Source: Candidatus Uhrbacteria bacterium
GTDB taxonomy: Bacteria > Patescibacteriota > Patescibacteriia > UBA9934
Length of the DNA stretch: 58,902 nucleotides
Reading direction: 5' to 3'
Assembly: GCA_903848275.1 (NCBI GenBank)
Contig: CAINGB010000030.1
Location: 1-58,902, forward strand
Under the pieces are notes generated by a model. That model made no database searches, had not been told where the DNA came from, and saw only the letters and a list, made by a program, of their open reading frames with translations. Every line of letters starts with the position of its first letter. Position 1 is the stretch's first letter. Shown here one piece after another: positions 9,494 to 17,653 of this stretch. The position numbers and the translations under genes are program-made.

Positions 9494-9715
9494 ATGCCTA
9501 CCATTAAAAATCGAATCAACTTAACTGTCCCGAAGTCGACCAATAGCCTGCTGACGGCCTTGGCTAAGCGGGATAATATAAGCGTCGCCAGTAAGACTTT
9601 GGACTTGCTCCAGATTGCCCTCGAAATTGAGGAAGATGCTTATTTATTCGGAGTGGCTGAGGAAAGAGAGAAAAGCTCCGTCAAACTCGTGGCGCATGAG
9701 GCGGCCTGGGTATGA
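9494..9715 (+). CDS. type II antitoxin (ribbon-helix-helix-like)
   Basis: 73 aa; ATGA overlap with downstream RelE-like toxin gene; N-terminal beta-strand-like RINLTVPKS. Confidence 0.6.
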   Translation: MPTIKNRINLTVPKSTNSLLTALAKRDNISVASKTLDLLQIALEIEEDAYLFGVAEEREKSSVKLVAHEAAWV

Positions 9716-9990
9716 GTTACGAGGTGCTCTATCATCAGGAGGTCGTCAAACAGGATATCCCAGCCCTAGCGCAGACTATGAAGCAACGGGTCAAAGTGAC
9801 CATTGAGGCGAAACTGCTGACGCGACCTGAGCTGTTCGGAATTCCGCTGCGGCAATCATTAAAAGGTCATAGAAAATTAAGAGTCGGGAGCTACCGGGTG
9901 GTGTTTACAATCAAGAAGGCTACGGTAATCGTGTTAGCGATATTACCCAGAGATCATGTTTATGAGGTGGTAGAGAAAAGATTGGGCTAG
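9712..9990 (+). CDS. RelE/ParE family type II toxin
   Basis: 92 aa; LKGHRKLRVGSYRVVFTI...VIVLAILPRDHVY is RelE/StbE-like. Confidence 0.8.
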   Translation: MSYEVLYHQEVVKQDIPALAQTMKQRVKVTIEAKLLTRPELFGIPLRQSLKGHRKLRVGSYRVVFTIKKATVIVLAILPRDHVYEVVEKRLG

Positions 9991-9997
9991 AACAGAA

Positions 9998-10041
9998 ACA
10001 CCCGACCAGGAGCCGAGAGCTCTGGGTCGGGTGTAGTTTTT
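9998..10041 (+). terminator. rho-independent terminator after the toxin gene
   Basis: acacccgacc...ggtcgggtgt stem followed by agttttt. Confidence 0.7.
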
Positions 10042-10070
10042 GTGACATCTCCACCAGACCAGGCCGATGG

Positions 10071-10628
10071 CTAGGCGCCGGGATGATTGGCGCCGAAGAA
10101 GACGCATTCTTCGCGTGCCGTGATGTCACCCTCCCGGTCACCGATGTCGGGCCCGGGGTAGATGGTGATGACCGTGAAGGCCCAGCCGTTGCGGTTGCAG
10201 AAGCCGAGACTATAGACCACGGTGATCAGCCTGGTTCGTGGCGCTAATAAATTCAGCCGCTCTGGTTTGACCTGCAGGCCGCGACACCTGGAGTTGTAGA
10301 TGATGTCCTCGAGATCACTATCGCGGTAATCGCTGAGAGGTGCTGTGGTGGCCCAACCGACCACCTCCTCGTGTTCGAAGTCGAAGCTGCAACGCAGCGG
10401 CCTGGCTGACAGCTCCGCATCAGGCAGCGACTCAGCGACGTCGCCGAGTAGCTCCTCCATGAGACTCGGATCAAGCAATAATTGGGCAGGACTATCCCAA
10501 CGACTGAAGTTGCCGGCCAGTTGAAGAGTACGACCACGGCAATGGCCATGCCTGATCCGCTGAATGTTTTTGGTGGGCAATAGAAGGAGGGCAGACTGTC
10601 CCCCAGGAAGTGTGACGGGCAATTCCAT
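10071..10628 (-). CDS. hypothetical protein (GC-rich insert)
   Basis: 185 aa from MELPVTLPGG; GGAG 8 nt upstream; upstream part of the 221-aa track ORF has no SD. Confidence 0.5.
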   Translation of the reverse strand: MELPVTLPGGQSALLLLPTKNIQRIRHGHCRGRTLQLAGNFSRWDSPAQLLLDPSLMEELLGDVAESLPDAELSARPLRCSFDFEHEEVVGWATTAPLSDYRDSDLEDIIYNSRCRGLQVKPERLNLLAPRTRLITVVYSLGFCNRNGWAFTVITIYPGPDIGDREGDITAREECVFFGANHPGA

Positions 10629-10716
10629 GATGATGACTCCGGCCGGATGTTCCGGCGTTGCTGACGGGTGGTTTGTGATTGTTCGCGCCGATGGCAACGA
10701 ACGGGGTAAATTAAAC

Positions 10717-10754
10717 AAAAATAGGCTATATGTCAATGTGACTAGCCTATTTTT
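10717..10754. terminator. bidirectional hairpin terminator
   Basis: aaaaataggcta...tagcctattttt. Confidence 0.6.
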
Positions 10755-10770
10755 ATAATTTTATGAGGGT

Positions 10771-11349
10771 TTATTTGCTGAATTGGAAAGTGGCGAGAAT
10801 ATGTGCGGCGGCGACCGACTGAGTGTCTTTCGTGTCATTTGGCAAGCTTAGAGCATAGAAACTACCGTGCTCGGCCCAGATTTCGTAGGTAGAACCGATG
10901 CCACCGATAGTGATGTTAGAGGCAGGTTGACCGTCGAGAGTTGTGGCGCCGTCGAGCGTGGTCTCGCGACGTTTGCCGTCCTTGAGAAGATCCATGAGGC
11001 TAGTAAAATTCTTAGCTGTCGATAACTCATCGTCGACTGCGTTGTACTGCGCAAAAGTTGTATAAGTTGGCCAGCAGTGAGCCGAGAAGTCGTAGCTAGG
11101 ACCTGGTTCCCCACCGTTAACAGCCGAGTTGGCGGCAAAGTCGGCCTGGGCTTTGGTTGTTTCCGGGCTGACGAGAGTCACGCCGTCAATCTTGGTATCT
11201 TCTGTGGCTGTCCAATTGCTTGGATACTCGAAGGAAATGCCACAAGCGGAGTTGCGGTAAGTTTTATACGTAACGGCAGTGCTTGATGATGAACAGCCGG
11301 CGCCAATGAGGAGTAGGCCGAGAGAAGAGATGAGGAGAAGTTTTTTCAT
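10771..11349 (-). CDS. lipoprotein, function unknown
   Basis: 192 aa from MKKLLLISSLGLLLIGAGC (lipobox); the 233-aa track ORF extends into the rnc 3' end. Confidence 0.7.
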   Translation of the reverse strand: MKKLLLISSLGLLLIGAGCSSSSTAVTYKTYRNSACGISFEYPSNWTATEDTKIDGVTLVSPETTKAQADFAANSAVNGGEPGPSYDFSAHCWPTYTTFAQYNAVDDELSTAKNFTSLMDLLKDGKRRETTLDGATTLDGQPASNITIGGIGSTYEIWAEHGSFYALSLPNDTKDTQSVAAAHILATFQFSK

Positions 11350-11368
11350 AGATAAATAGCTAGATAAT

Positions 11369-12061
11369 TTACCACCCCTTGGCAGCCAGACCGGCGGCGG
11401 CGGCGCTGATTTGGGCTTCTTGTTTGCTGCTGCCGTGACCTTCGGCGACCAGGTCTTTGCCGAGATAGACACCGATGGTGAATTGCTTTTGGTGATCCGG
11501 GCCTTCTTCGCTCAGGACTTTATAGCTCGGTGTAATGGATGAACGTGACTGGGCGGCTTCTTGGAAGCGGCTCTTAGGATCCAGGTAGGAACGATCTTTG
11601 AGGATGAGGTCGAGCTTGGTGACGACCACGCGGAGAATGAATTCCTTGACCACCTCCCAGCCGAAGTCGTTATAGATGGCGCCGATGATGGCCTCCATGG
11701 CGTCGGCCAAGATGGTACGACGAGCTTTGGAGTTCACGTCGCGCTCCTCGCCTTTACTCAAGTACAAGAATGGTTCGACGCCGAGCGTGATGGCCACGTC
11801 GGCCAAGCTTTCGCCGTTAACCAAAGCGCTGCGCCAGGTGGTCAACTCCCCTTCTTCGTTGTCGAAGTTGTTGTAGAGATGTTCGGTGACGACCAGCTCC
11901 AGCACGGCGTCGCCCAAAAATTCGAGGCGCTCGTTGTGCATCAACGGAAATGACGGATGCTCGTTCAAGTAGCTACGGTGGACTACGGCTTGCTCTAAAT
12001 GACCGTCCGCTTTGAATGATACGCCGAGCGCTTTGGCTAGTAATGAGATGTCTTTTTGCAT
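11369..12061 (-). CDS. rnc: ribonuclease III
   Basis: 230 aa from MQKDISLL; NERLEFLGDAVLE catalytic signature and C-terminal dsRBD. Confidence 0.9.
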   Translation of the reverse strand: MQKDISLLAKALGVSFKADGHLEQAVVHRSYLNEHPSFPLMHNERLEFLGDAVLELVVTEHLYNNFDNEEGELTTWRSALVNGESLADVAITLGVEPFLYLSKGEERDVNSKARRTILADAMEAIIGAIYNDFGWEVVKEFILRVVVTKLDLILKDRSYLDPKSRFQEAAQSRSSITPSYKVLSEEGPDHQKQFTIGVYLGKDLVAEGHGSSKQEAQISAAAAGLAAKGW

Positions 12062-12077
12062 AAATGTGAATCGATCC

Positions 12078-12218
12078 GTCAACGCGAGACTCGGGGAGTC
12101 ACTTCTTTTCTCCGTCGGGCGTTTTGACGATCGACAATTATTATTGAATGTGAATTGTCGACATAAAAACGCGCGTCCCTCGGTCGACAGAAGTGACATC
12201 CCGCTCGTCTTCGTTGAC
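12078..12218 (-). repeat. long covarying hairpin element, copy 1 (fills nusB-rnc spacer)
   Basis: Arms gtcaacgcgagactcggggagtcact (12078-12103) and agtgacatcccgctcgtcttcgttgac (12192-12218); 20-nt core identical to copy at 57452-57471. Confidence 0.6.
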
Positions 12219-12703
12219 TACGGGCTCGGCTGCTTTACATGCTTTGATTCGTTCTTATCCGCCTCCTTGATTTCGCCCGCTTCGACCATACCCTTGTAGA
12301 CCGCACCGAGGACGCCGTTCACGAATTTACCCGAAGCGTCGCCGCCAAAGGTTTTACCAAGTTCGATGGCTTCGTTGATGGCAACTTTGGAAGGAATGGC
12401 ACTGTCGTATTTAAGTTCGTACATGCCGAGGCGCAAAATGTTGCGATCCATGACAGTCATACTGGCCACGGTCCAGTTAGGAGCAAAGCGTTCGAGGTCG
12501 GCGTCGAGTTCGGCGACCTTACTGACGATAGACTCAACTTGGCGCTCGACGTAGCCGCCGTCGTCGAAGTCTTTGGCGAATTCCTGCTTAACGTAGGCGA
12601 CTAGTTCGGGGATGCGACTCGTGTCCTGGCCGCGAAAGTCCCATTCGTAGAGGGCTTGCATGGCCATGGTGCGAGCGAGATGGCGATTAGACATAGGTAA
12701 CAC
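12218..12703 (-). CDS. nusB: transcription antitermination factor NusB
   Basis: 161 aa; [14 protein letters not shown] and [13 protein letters not shown] are NusB-like. Confidence 0.85.
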   Translation of the reverse strand: MLPMSNRHLARTMAMQALYEWDFRGQDTSRIPELVAYVKQEFAKDFDDGGYVERQVESIVSKVAELDADLERFAPNWTVASMTVMDRNILRLGMYELKYDSAIPSKVAINEAIELGKTFGGDASGKFVNGVLGAVYKGMVEAGEIKEADKNESKHVKQPSP

Positions 12704-12767
12704 GATTATACCTGAATGACGGGGGAAATCAAAAGCGTCCTGGGCCTGGGCCTAGAACGCTTCTTGA

Positions 12768-13073
12768 TTACTCAGCCTTTTTTGCGGCTTTCTTGGCCTT
12801 TGGAGCTGCGGCAGCTTTTGGTGCCTTAGCAACCTTGGCTACTTTCTCCGCCTTAGGAGCAGCAACCTTGGTGACTTTGAGCTTGCGGGCGACAGCGTCG
12901 ACGCTACCTTTGGCGGTTCGGCCATTGTAGTTATGACACTTAGGGCAAGCGTGATGAGCCAACACGTCGGCGCTACAGACCTTACATTTATCAATGATAA
13001 CGGCCTTGAGCGCGTGGTGACTGCGGCGTCGGCGAACCTTGGAACGGGATGATCGGAATGACGGTAATGGCAT
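12768..13073 (-). CDS. rpmF: 50S ribosomal protein L32 with Lys/Ala-rich C-terminal tail
   Basis: MPLPSFRSSRSKVRRRRSHHALK and CxxC...CPKC zinc knuckle; tail AAPKAEKVAKVAKAPKAAAAPKAKKAAKKAE. Confidence 0.85.
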   Translation of the reverse strand: MPLPSFRSSRSKVRRRRSHHALKAVIIDKCKVCSADVLAHHACPKCHNYNGRTAKGSVDAVARKLKVTKVAAPKAEKVAKVAKAPKAAAAPKAKKAAKKAE

Positions 13074-13128
13074 AGGATATATGTTGAAAGTTGGCTAAAG
13101 AGTAGTTGATTAGCGGAAAAACGTCAAG

Positions 13129-14139
13129 CTAAAGACCGGAGGTGGTGGTGGATAGGAAGGTTTTGACAGCTGCGAAAAACTCAGTCTGTTTAGCATAAAC
13201 CACCCCGTGGCAGCCGGAAAGCTCAATAAATGAAGCACTGGGGAGATACTTCTTCATGGCCTCTACTGCAGCTGGTGGTACCTGAGTATCCAATTGACCG
13301 TAGACAACTAGAGTTGGGACTGTGGCCAAATCTACTAAACTAGCATAAAGGTCCTTAGTGAAAAGCTGCTCATTGGTATTGAAAGCAGTGCCGACGTCAA
13401 CGTCATTTTCGCCTGCTGTCCCCTTTTCCGCCAGGAGCTCTGCGGCCGTGGAGTGCTCAAGGGCTAGGTTCCGTACCGTTTCTTCTTCCTGCTGACAAAA
13501 CCGAGCAACATAATCAGAACCGTAGGCCGTGGTAACAAGCCTACGCTCGGCTTCGAGCGTGGCACTGTCACCTTCGAAGGTTCCTGGTGAGACCAGGATG
13601 TAACCGCTGACGTCAACAGGGTGAGTGTTAGCATACAATACAGCTAGCACACCACCCCAGGAGCGCCCGAAAAGTATAACTTTTTTGTTCGGAATAAGAG
13701 CTGAACGTAAATCATTAATATCTTGAGCGAAGCGAGCGATAGTGATAGTGGAGGCTAGATTAGCAGAACGGTCCGATTGCCCGCCGCCACGCTGGTCAAA
13801 AGTCAACAAAGAACCAAACTGATTGGCGTAGGCAAGAGCCTGACCACTACCACGAAAATCTGCCGTGCTACCGCCTGGTCCACCATGTAAAAAGATCGTC
13901 ACAGTACTAGAGCCACGATTGTAGTACCAGTAATGTAACCGCACTCCGTCACTAACTATAACGTCGCCTTCGATGTTATCACCAGACTGGCTCTGTTCGA
14001 CTGCTGCGTTTTTTGAGACTAGAGGTTCAGCAACGCTCCTCTCCACAATAATTTTAAATAATAATCCAGTGGCAATAACTGCAATAACCAGACCGACAAG
14101 CCAGTAAATTTTGTATGGTAAATATTTTTTTGAGGTCAT
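13129..14139 (-). CDS. alpha/beta hydrolase (prolyl aminopeptidase-like), membrane anchored
   Basis: N-terminal TM; HGGPGG oxyanion motif; nucleophile elbow GRSWGG. Confidence 0.7.
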   Translation of the reverse strand: MTSKKYLPYKIYWLVGLVIAVIATGLLFKIIVERSVAEPLVSKNAAVEQSQSGDNIEGDVIVSDGVRLHYWYYNRGSSTVTIFLHGGPGGSTADFRGSGQALAYANQFGSLLTFDQRGGGQSDRSANLASTITIARFAQDINDLRSALIPNKKVILFGRSWGGVLAVLYANTHPVDVSGYILVSPGTFEGDSATLEAERRLVTTAYGSDYVARFCQQEEETVRNLALEHSTAAELLAEKGTAGENDVDVGTAFNTNEQLFTKDLYASLVDLATVPTLVVYGQLDTQVPPAAVEAMKKYLPSASFIELSGCHGVVYAKQTEFFAAVKTFLSTTTSGL

Positions 14140-14193
14140 AGCTTGGTGGAAAAAACCCGGGCTAGGCCCGGGCGCAAGAAGTGAACGAGCGCT

Positions 14194-14697
14194 CTAGAAG
14201 AAGCAGTCGTAGTCGTCGGTGAACATGAAGTAGAGGTGGCTCACGGTCGTAGCGACCACCCGTACACGAACCTGGTTCGCAGTACCGCACCAGGCCTGGT
14301 AGTTGGCCGAAACGTTGTCCTTGTCGAAGGCCGTGCCACGGATGAACCAGGTGTCGAGCAACGAGTTGACGCTGGCACTCGTCAAGGCATCCCAGCTCGG
14401 AGCCGGTCCGAGCTCATCGATCCAGCAGCCGGAGGGCGTGATGGATGTGATGCCGGTGCCGGTCGCGGTGAGACGCAGAGCACTTGAACAGCCGCCAGCC
14501 GACGGGTTCGACACGTAGTAGGTGTACGTGTACGTCCGTTCGAGCATGGACTCGTCCATGGGGCTGTGTTCGACGAGAGTGCCGTCGTCGAAGGCTTCGT
14601 AGCCCAGACCAGGAACAATGTCGTCGTCCTGCCGGCAAGCCGAGAGAATGCTGATCGAACCGAGGAGCAGCCAGAGCTGCTTGTTGTGAGGGGTCAT
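14194..14697 (-). CDS. Cys-rich lipoprotein (GC-rich insert)
   Basis: 167 aa; signal plus lipobox ILSAC; GGAG 5 nt upstream of ATG. Confidence 0.6.
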   Translation of the reverse strand: MTPHNKQLWLLLGSISILSACRQDDDIVPGLGYEAFDDGTLVEHSPMDESMLERTYTYTYYVSNPSAGGCSSALRLTATGTGITSITPSGCWIDELGPAPSWDALTSASVNSLLDTWFIRGTAFDKDNVSANYQAWCGTANQVRVRVVATTVSHLYFMFTDDYDCFF

Positions 14698-14839
14698 TTC
14701 ATCTCCATGTCTTTAGCCTCATTCATCTCCTTAACTCCACAAAATTATGGCGTCACTGATTTGAGTTTTAGCTTCTGACACTACAAGTTTACTCCCGCTG
14801 CTGCAGAGTCGCTATCGCTATTGTGGATAACCGGGCCAA

Positions 14840-15988
14840 TTATATCCTCCCAGCTTGGCCAACCTGGCTCATTTTACGCACTATTTCTACTAGTTCATTG
14901 CCTTTGGCGAGGGGTTGGCCTGGAAGATTGGTGCCGTTTGGACTGCCCTTACGACTGTAACCGCTAGACATACCAGCAGCGTTTTGGATAGTCACGGTAC
15001 ACAGACCGAAGAGACGCTCGACTAGACTTTGCTTGATAAGGACGTCCTGGATGGATGAATATGGCAGGTGGGTTTCGCGTTTGCTGATTATGCCGGTACG
15101 GACTTCCAAGAAGTTGGGGGTGAAGACCCAGGAGAAATTGGCTTTCCAGAGCAAGGCACCGCCGACTTGGAGACCAAAAATGGTGACGAAGAGAATAATA
15201 ATTATAACCAGCATGATGAAACCGGCGGCTGAGGCTGATAAGTTAGGGAGAAATTGGAAACCGAAGAAAATGACAAGCACGACTGTTGAGAAGATGGAGC
15301 CGATGATGTTGCTGATAATCCATTTGGGACTGATGGGGAAAGTTTCGGAGGAGACGTTCGTCGAGCTCAGCTCGATCTTTTGGTTCGCGGCCAAAGCTGA
15401 GCTTTGGCTTGGCTCGCCTGAGAGCGGGCGGGGGGCGGTGACCCCGCCTATGGTGCCGGAGTTGATGCTTGAGAGGAGAAAGTTTTTTAGGGCGTCGGCG
15501 GTCGCGGCGTCGACACCGTCAATGTGGGCTTCGATGCCGCTTGTGGCCGTGGCGCTGGCAATGTGCACGTCAAAGAGGCCCATGATGCGGTCGAAGAGAT
15601 CTTGGTCGACGTAAACGTCCTGAATTTTTTGGTACATGACGTGGATTTCCGACGGGGTGAAAACGCCTTTACGGATAGTGAGGTAGCCCTGACCGGCGTC
15701 GTAGAAGTAGGTGCGGATGTAAGCTTTGAAGTACCAAGCGCTCCAGCCGAAAAGAATGGCAGCCATAATTAGACCTCCAAGCAAGAAGAAAATGACGAAG
15801 TTGATGGGGCTTGGCTCGGCATGGCGGTCGATGATGGTTGGCAACATGATGCCGATGATGCCGCAGAACATGGCGAACATGCCGGACACGGTGAAATTAC
15901 CGAAGACGCTGCTCAGCATTTTCTTCCAAAACTTTTTAGGGGCGAGTGGATATTTTTCTTTGAAAGCGGAGGTGACGGCTGGGAACAT
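14840..15988 (-). CDS. membrane protein with two bacterial PH (YdbT-like) domains
   Basis: 382 aa; TM hairpins each followed by a segment like GYLTIRKGVFTPSEIHVMYQKIQDV. Confidence 0.6.
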   Translation of the reverse strand: MFPAVTSAFKEKYPLAPKKFWKKMLSSVFGNFTVSGMFAMFCGIIGIMLPTIIDRHAEPSPINFVIFFLLGGLIMAAILFGWSAWYFKAYIRTYFYDAGQGYLTIRKGVFTPSEIHVMYQKIQDVYVDQDLFDRIMGLFDVHIASATATSGIEAHIDGVDAATADALKNFLLSSINSGTIGGVTAPRPLSGEPSQSSALAANQKIELSSTNVSSETFPISPKWIISNIIGSIFSTVVLVIFFGFQFLPNLSASAAGFIMLVIIIILFVTIFGLQVGGALLWKANFSWVFTPNFLEVRTGIISKRETHLPYSSIQDVLIKQSLVERLFGLCTVTIQNAAGMSSGYSRKGSPNGTNLPGQPLAKGNELVEIVRKMSQVGQAGRI

Positions 15989-15998
15989 AAGTTGGTGG

Positions 15999-16472
15999 TT
16001 AATAGCGAACGAGCTTTTGACGTTTTAGAATGAGCTGAACAAGGGCAGTGACGATGATGGCGATGACGATAGAGCCGATGATGTCGACGAGGTGGTGGAC
16101 GCCAGCGGCGACACGGGAGAGGCCGACCAGTAAGGCGATGAGGCCAATGATGTAACTGGCTTTACGGTTGTAAACGAACATGAGGGCAGCACAAGCGGCG
16201 ACGAGGAGGGTGTGATCGGAAGGAAAGCCGTTGTCCGCGGCGTGTGGGACGAGGGACGTGAAGTGGCCGACGACGAAAGGACGAGGGTCGAAGTACAAGT
16301 GGCTGACGAGGCGGGAGGCGATGAAGATTAGTGGCAAAGAGACGACCGATAAGATGAGGAAGCTCTGCTTTTGTGAACGGGAAAGTCTAAAAAAGAAATA
16401 AATGGTGAGGGCCGCGACCACGAGGTAGAGGTATTTGGCGCCGAAGATGATGAGGGTGTCTAGCATAGTCAA
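15999..16472 (-). CDS. PAP2 family phosphatase (undecaprenyl-diphosphatase-like)
   Basis: 157 aa polytopic; FPSDHT and RVAAGVHHLVD motifs. Confidence 0.7.
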   Translation of the reverse strand: MTMLDTLIIFGAKYLYLVVAALTIYFFFRLSRSQKQSFLILSVVSLPLIFIASRLVSHLYFDPRPFVVGHFTSLVPHAADNGFPSDHTLLVAACAALMFVYNRKASYIIGLIALLVGLSRVAAGVHHLVDIIGSIVIAIIVTALVQLILKRQKLVRY

Positions 16473-16775
16473 TTAAGAATTACTAAAAGCTCTAACCGCA
16501 TTGCTGCTTAGCAAGACCAGCCCAGCGAAGATTAGGAGGAAAGTGAAGAAAGTGGCAATGATTTCATGCAGGTTACCGGCAATAACAGTAGCAATGATGG
16601 TGCAGATAAACGTCAGCGCTAGACCGATGCTAGAGATAATGCCGCCTGACTTGTCGCTGGCAGTTTGATACTTGATCGCGGCCTGTCGAACAGCATCATT
16701 AGCTGACCAAGCGCGATGATTAGAGTCGAACCAAAAAACTGTGGAGTCGGCTTGTTTTGGAGCTTTGGTAGACAT
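16473..16775 (-). CDS. hypothetical membrane protein
   Basis: 100 aa, two C-terminal TM helices; abuts PAP2 gene. Confidence 0.5.
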   Translation of the reverse strand: MSTKAPKQADSTVFWFDSNHRAWSANDAVRQAAIKYQTASDKSGGIISSIGLALTFICTIIATVIAGNLHEIIATFFTFLLIFAGLVLLSSNAVRAFSNS

Positions 16776-16836
16776 GCAAATATTGTACCGTACTGGTGAA
16801 CTTTGTGCTATGCTTAAGCCGCTTTAGTAAATATAT

Positions 16837-17607
16837 ATGCGGATTAAAATTGAGGGCGATTGGTCTGGAACAGTGTCATTCTTCATGGGAAGTATGGCTG
16901 TGATCTTGATGACTGCTTTTGTATCTCGGGCCTCGTCTGCGGAAAAACTGTCGGCCAGTGGAGCTCAACATTTGTATATTATTGCGGGACTGTATCTGGT
17001 GGTGGCAGCGATACTCGGTATCATGGCGGCACGAGGACGGACGGTGCCAGATGGTTCAACTGTGGCGACGTGGGAGAATACAGGCTTTGATTTTTGGGGG
17101 AATATCATGTCGACTATTGTCCTGTGGGCCATGGCGATGGGTACAGAAATATTTTTGATTGAGGGCCAGAGCGGCGATATAAAAGCTTCAATAATGGTGC
17201 CGGCAATCGTCCTGCTGGTGGCGGTATGGGGTATAGCTTGGTTAAATTTTGGCGCGAGAATAATTGTTTTTACGCCTAAAAAAGAGGTTATTGTCATGAA
17301 AGGTAGGCCGCTTACTTTTATTCGGAAAACGTATAAACCACAAGATTGGTTGGGGCTGCACGTGTCATGGCAACAGGGCTACAATGGCGGTATGTATCGA
17401 AGTAGTCCAGATAACCTTTACTTTGTATGGGGTGTATATGATGGCGGCGTTATAAAATTGAATACGGTGGCTATCCCGCAAGAGACCAAACGAGCCACAG
17501 CGCTGCAGATGGTGCATGAACTGGTAGAAGAAACAGCAGAAAATGTAGGCTTGCCAGTGCCACCCTGGCCAAACGATAAAGATATTTACTTGAACTTGTG
17601 GAAATAA
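16837..17607 (+). CDS. hypothetical membrane protein
   Basis: 256 aa, about 4 TM helices then a soluble domain. Confidence 0.55.
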   Translation: MRIKIEGDWSGTVSFFMGSMAVILMTAFVSRASSAEKLSASGAQHLYIIAGLYLVVAAILGIMAARGRTVPDGSTVATWENTGFDFWGNIMSTIVLWAMAMGTEIFLIEGQSGDIKASIMVPAIVLLVAVWGIAWLNFGARIIVFTPKKEVIVMKGRPLTFIRKTYKPQDWLGLHVSWQQGYNGGMYRSSPDNLYFVWGVYDGGVIKLNTVAIPQETKRATALQMVHELVEETAENVGLPVPPWPNDKDIYLNLWK

Positions 17608-17638
17608 CAAGTCCCGGACTCCTGGAGTCCGGGACTTG
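17608..17638. repeat. 31-nt perfect palindrome caagtcccggactcc-t-ggagtccgggacttg (intergenic copy, terminator position)
   Basis: Perfect inverted symmetry around t17623; lies between convergent genes 16837..17607 and gyrA. Confidence 0.85.
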
Positions 17639-17653
17639 AATTTGACTGAACTT

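Noticed and set aside
9712-9715. Alternative genetic code (UGA recoded, as in some CPR lineages).
   Set aside because: TGA terminates well-defined genes at the expected length, for example the antitoxin stop in the ATGA overlap at 9712-9715 and the tsaD stop overlapping the tsaE start (minus strand, 34552-34555). No conserved gene needs read-through.
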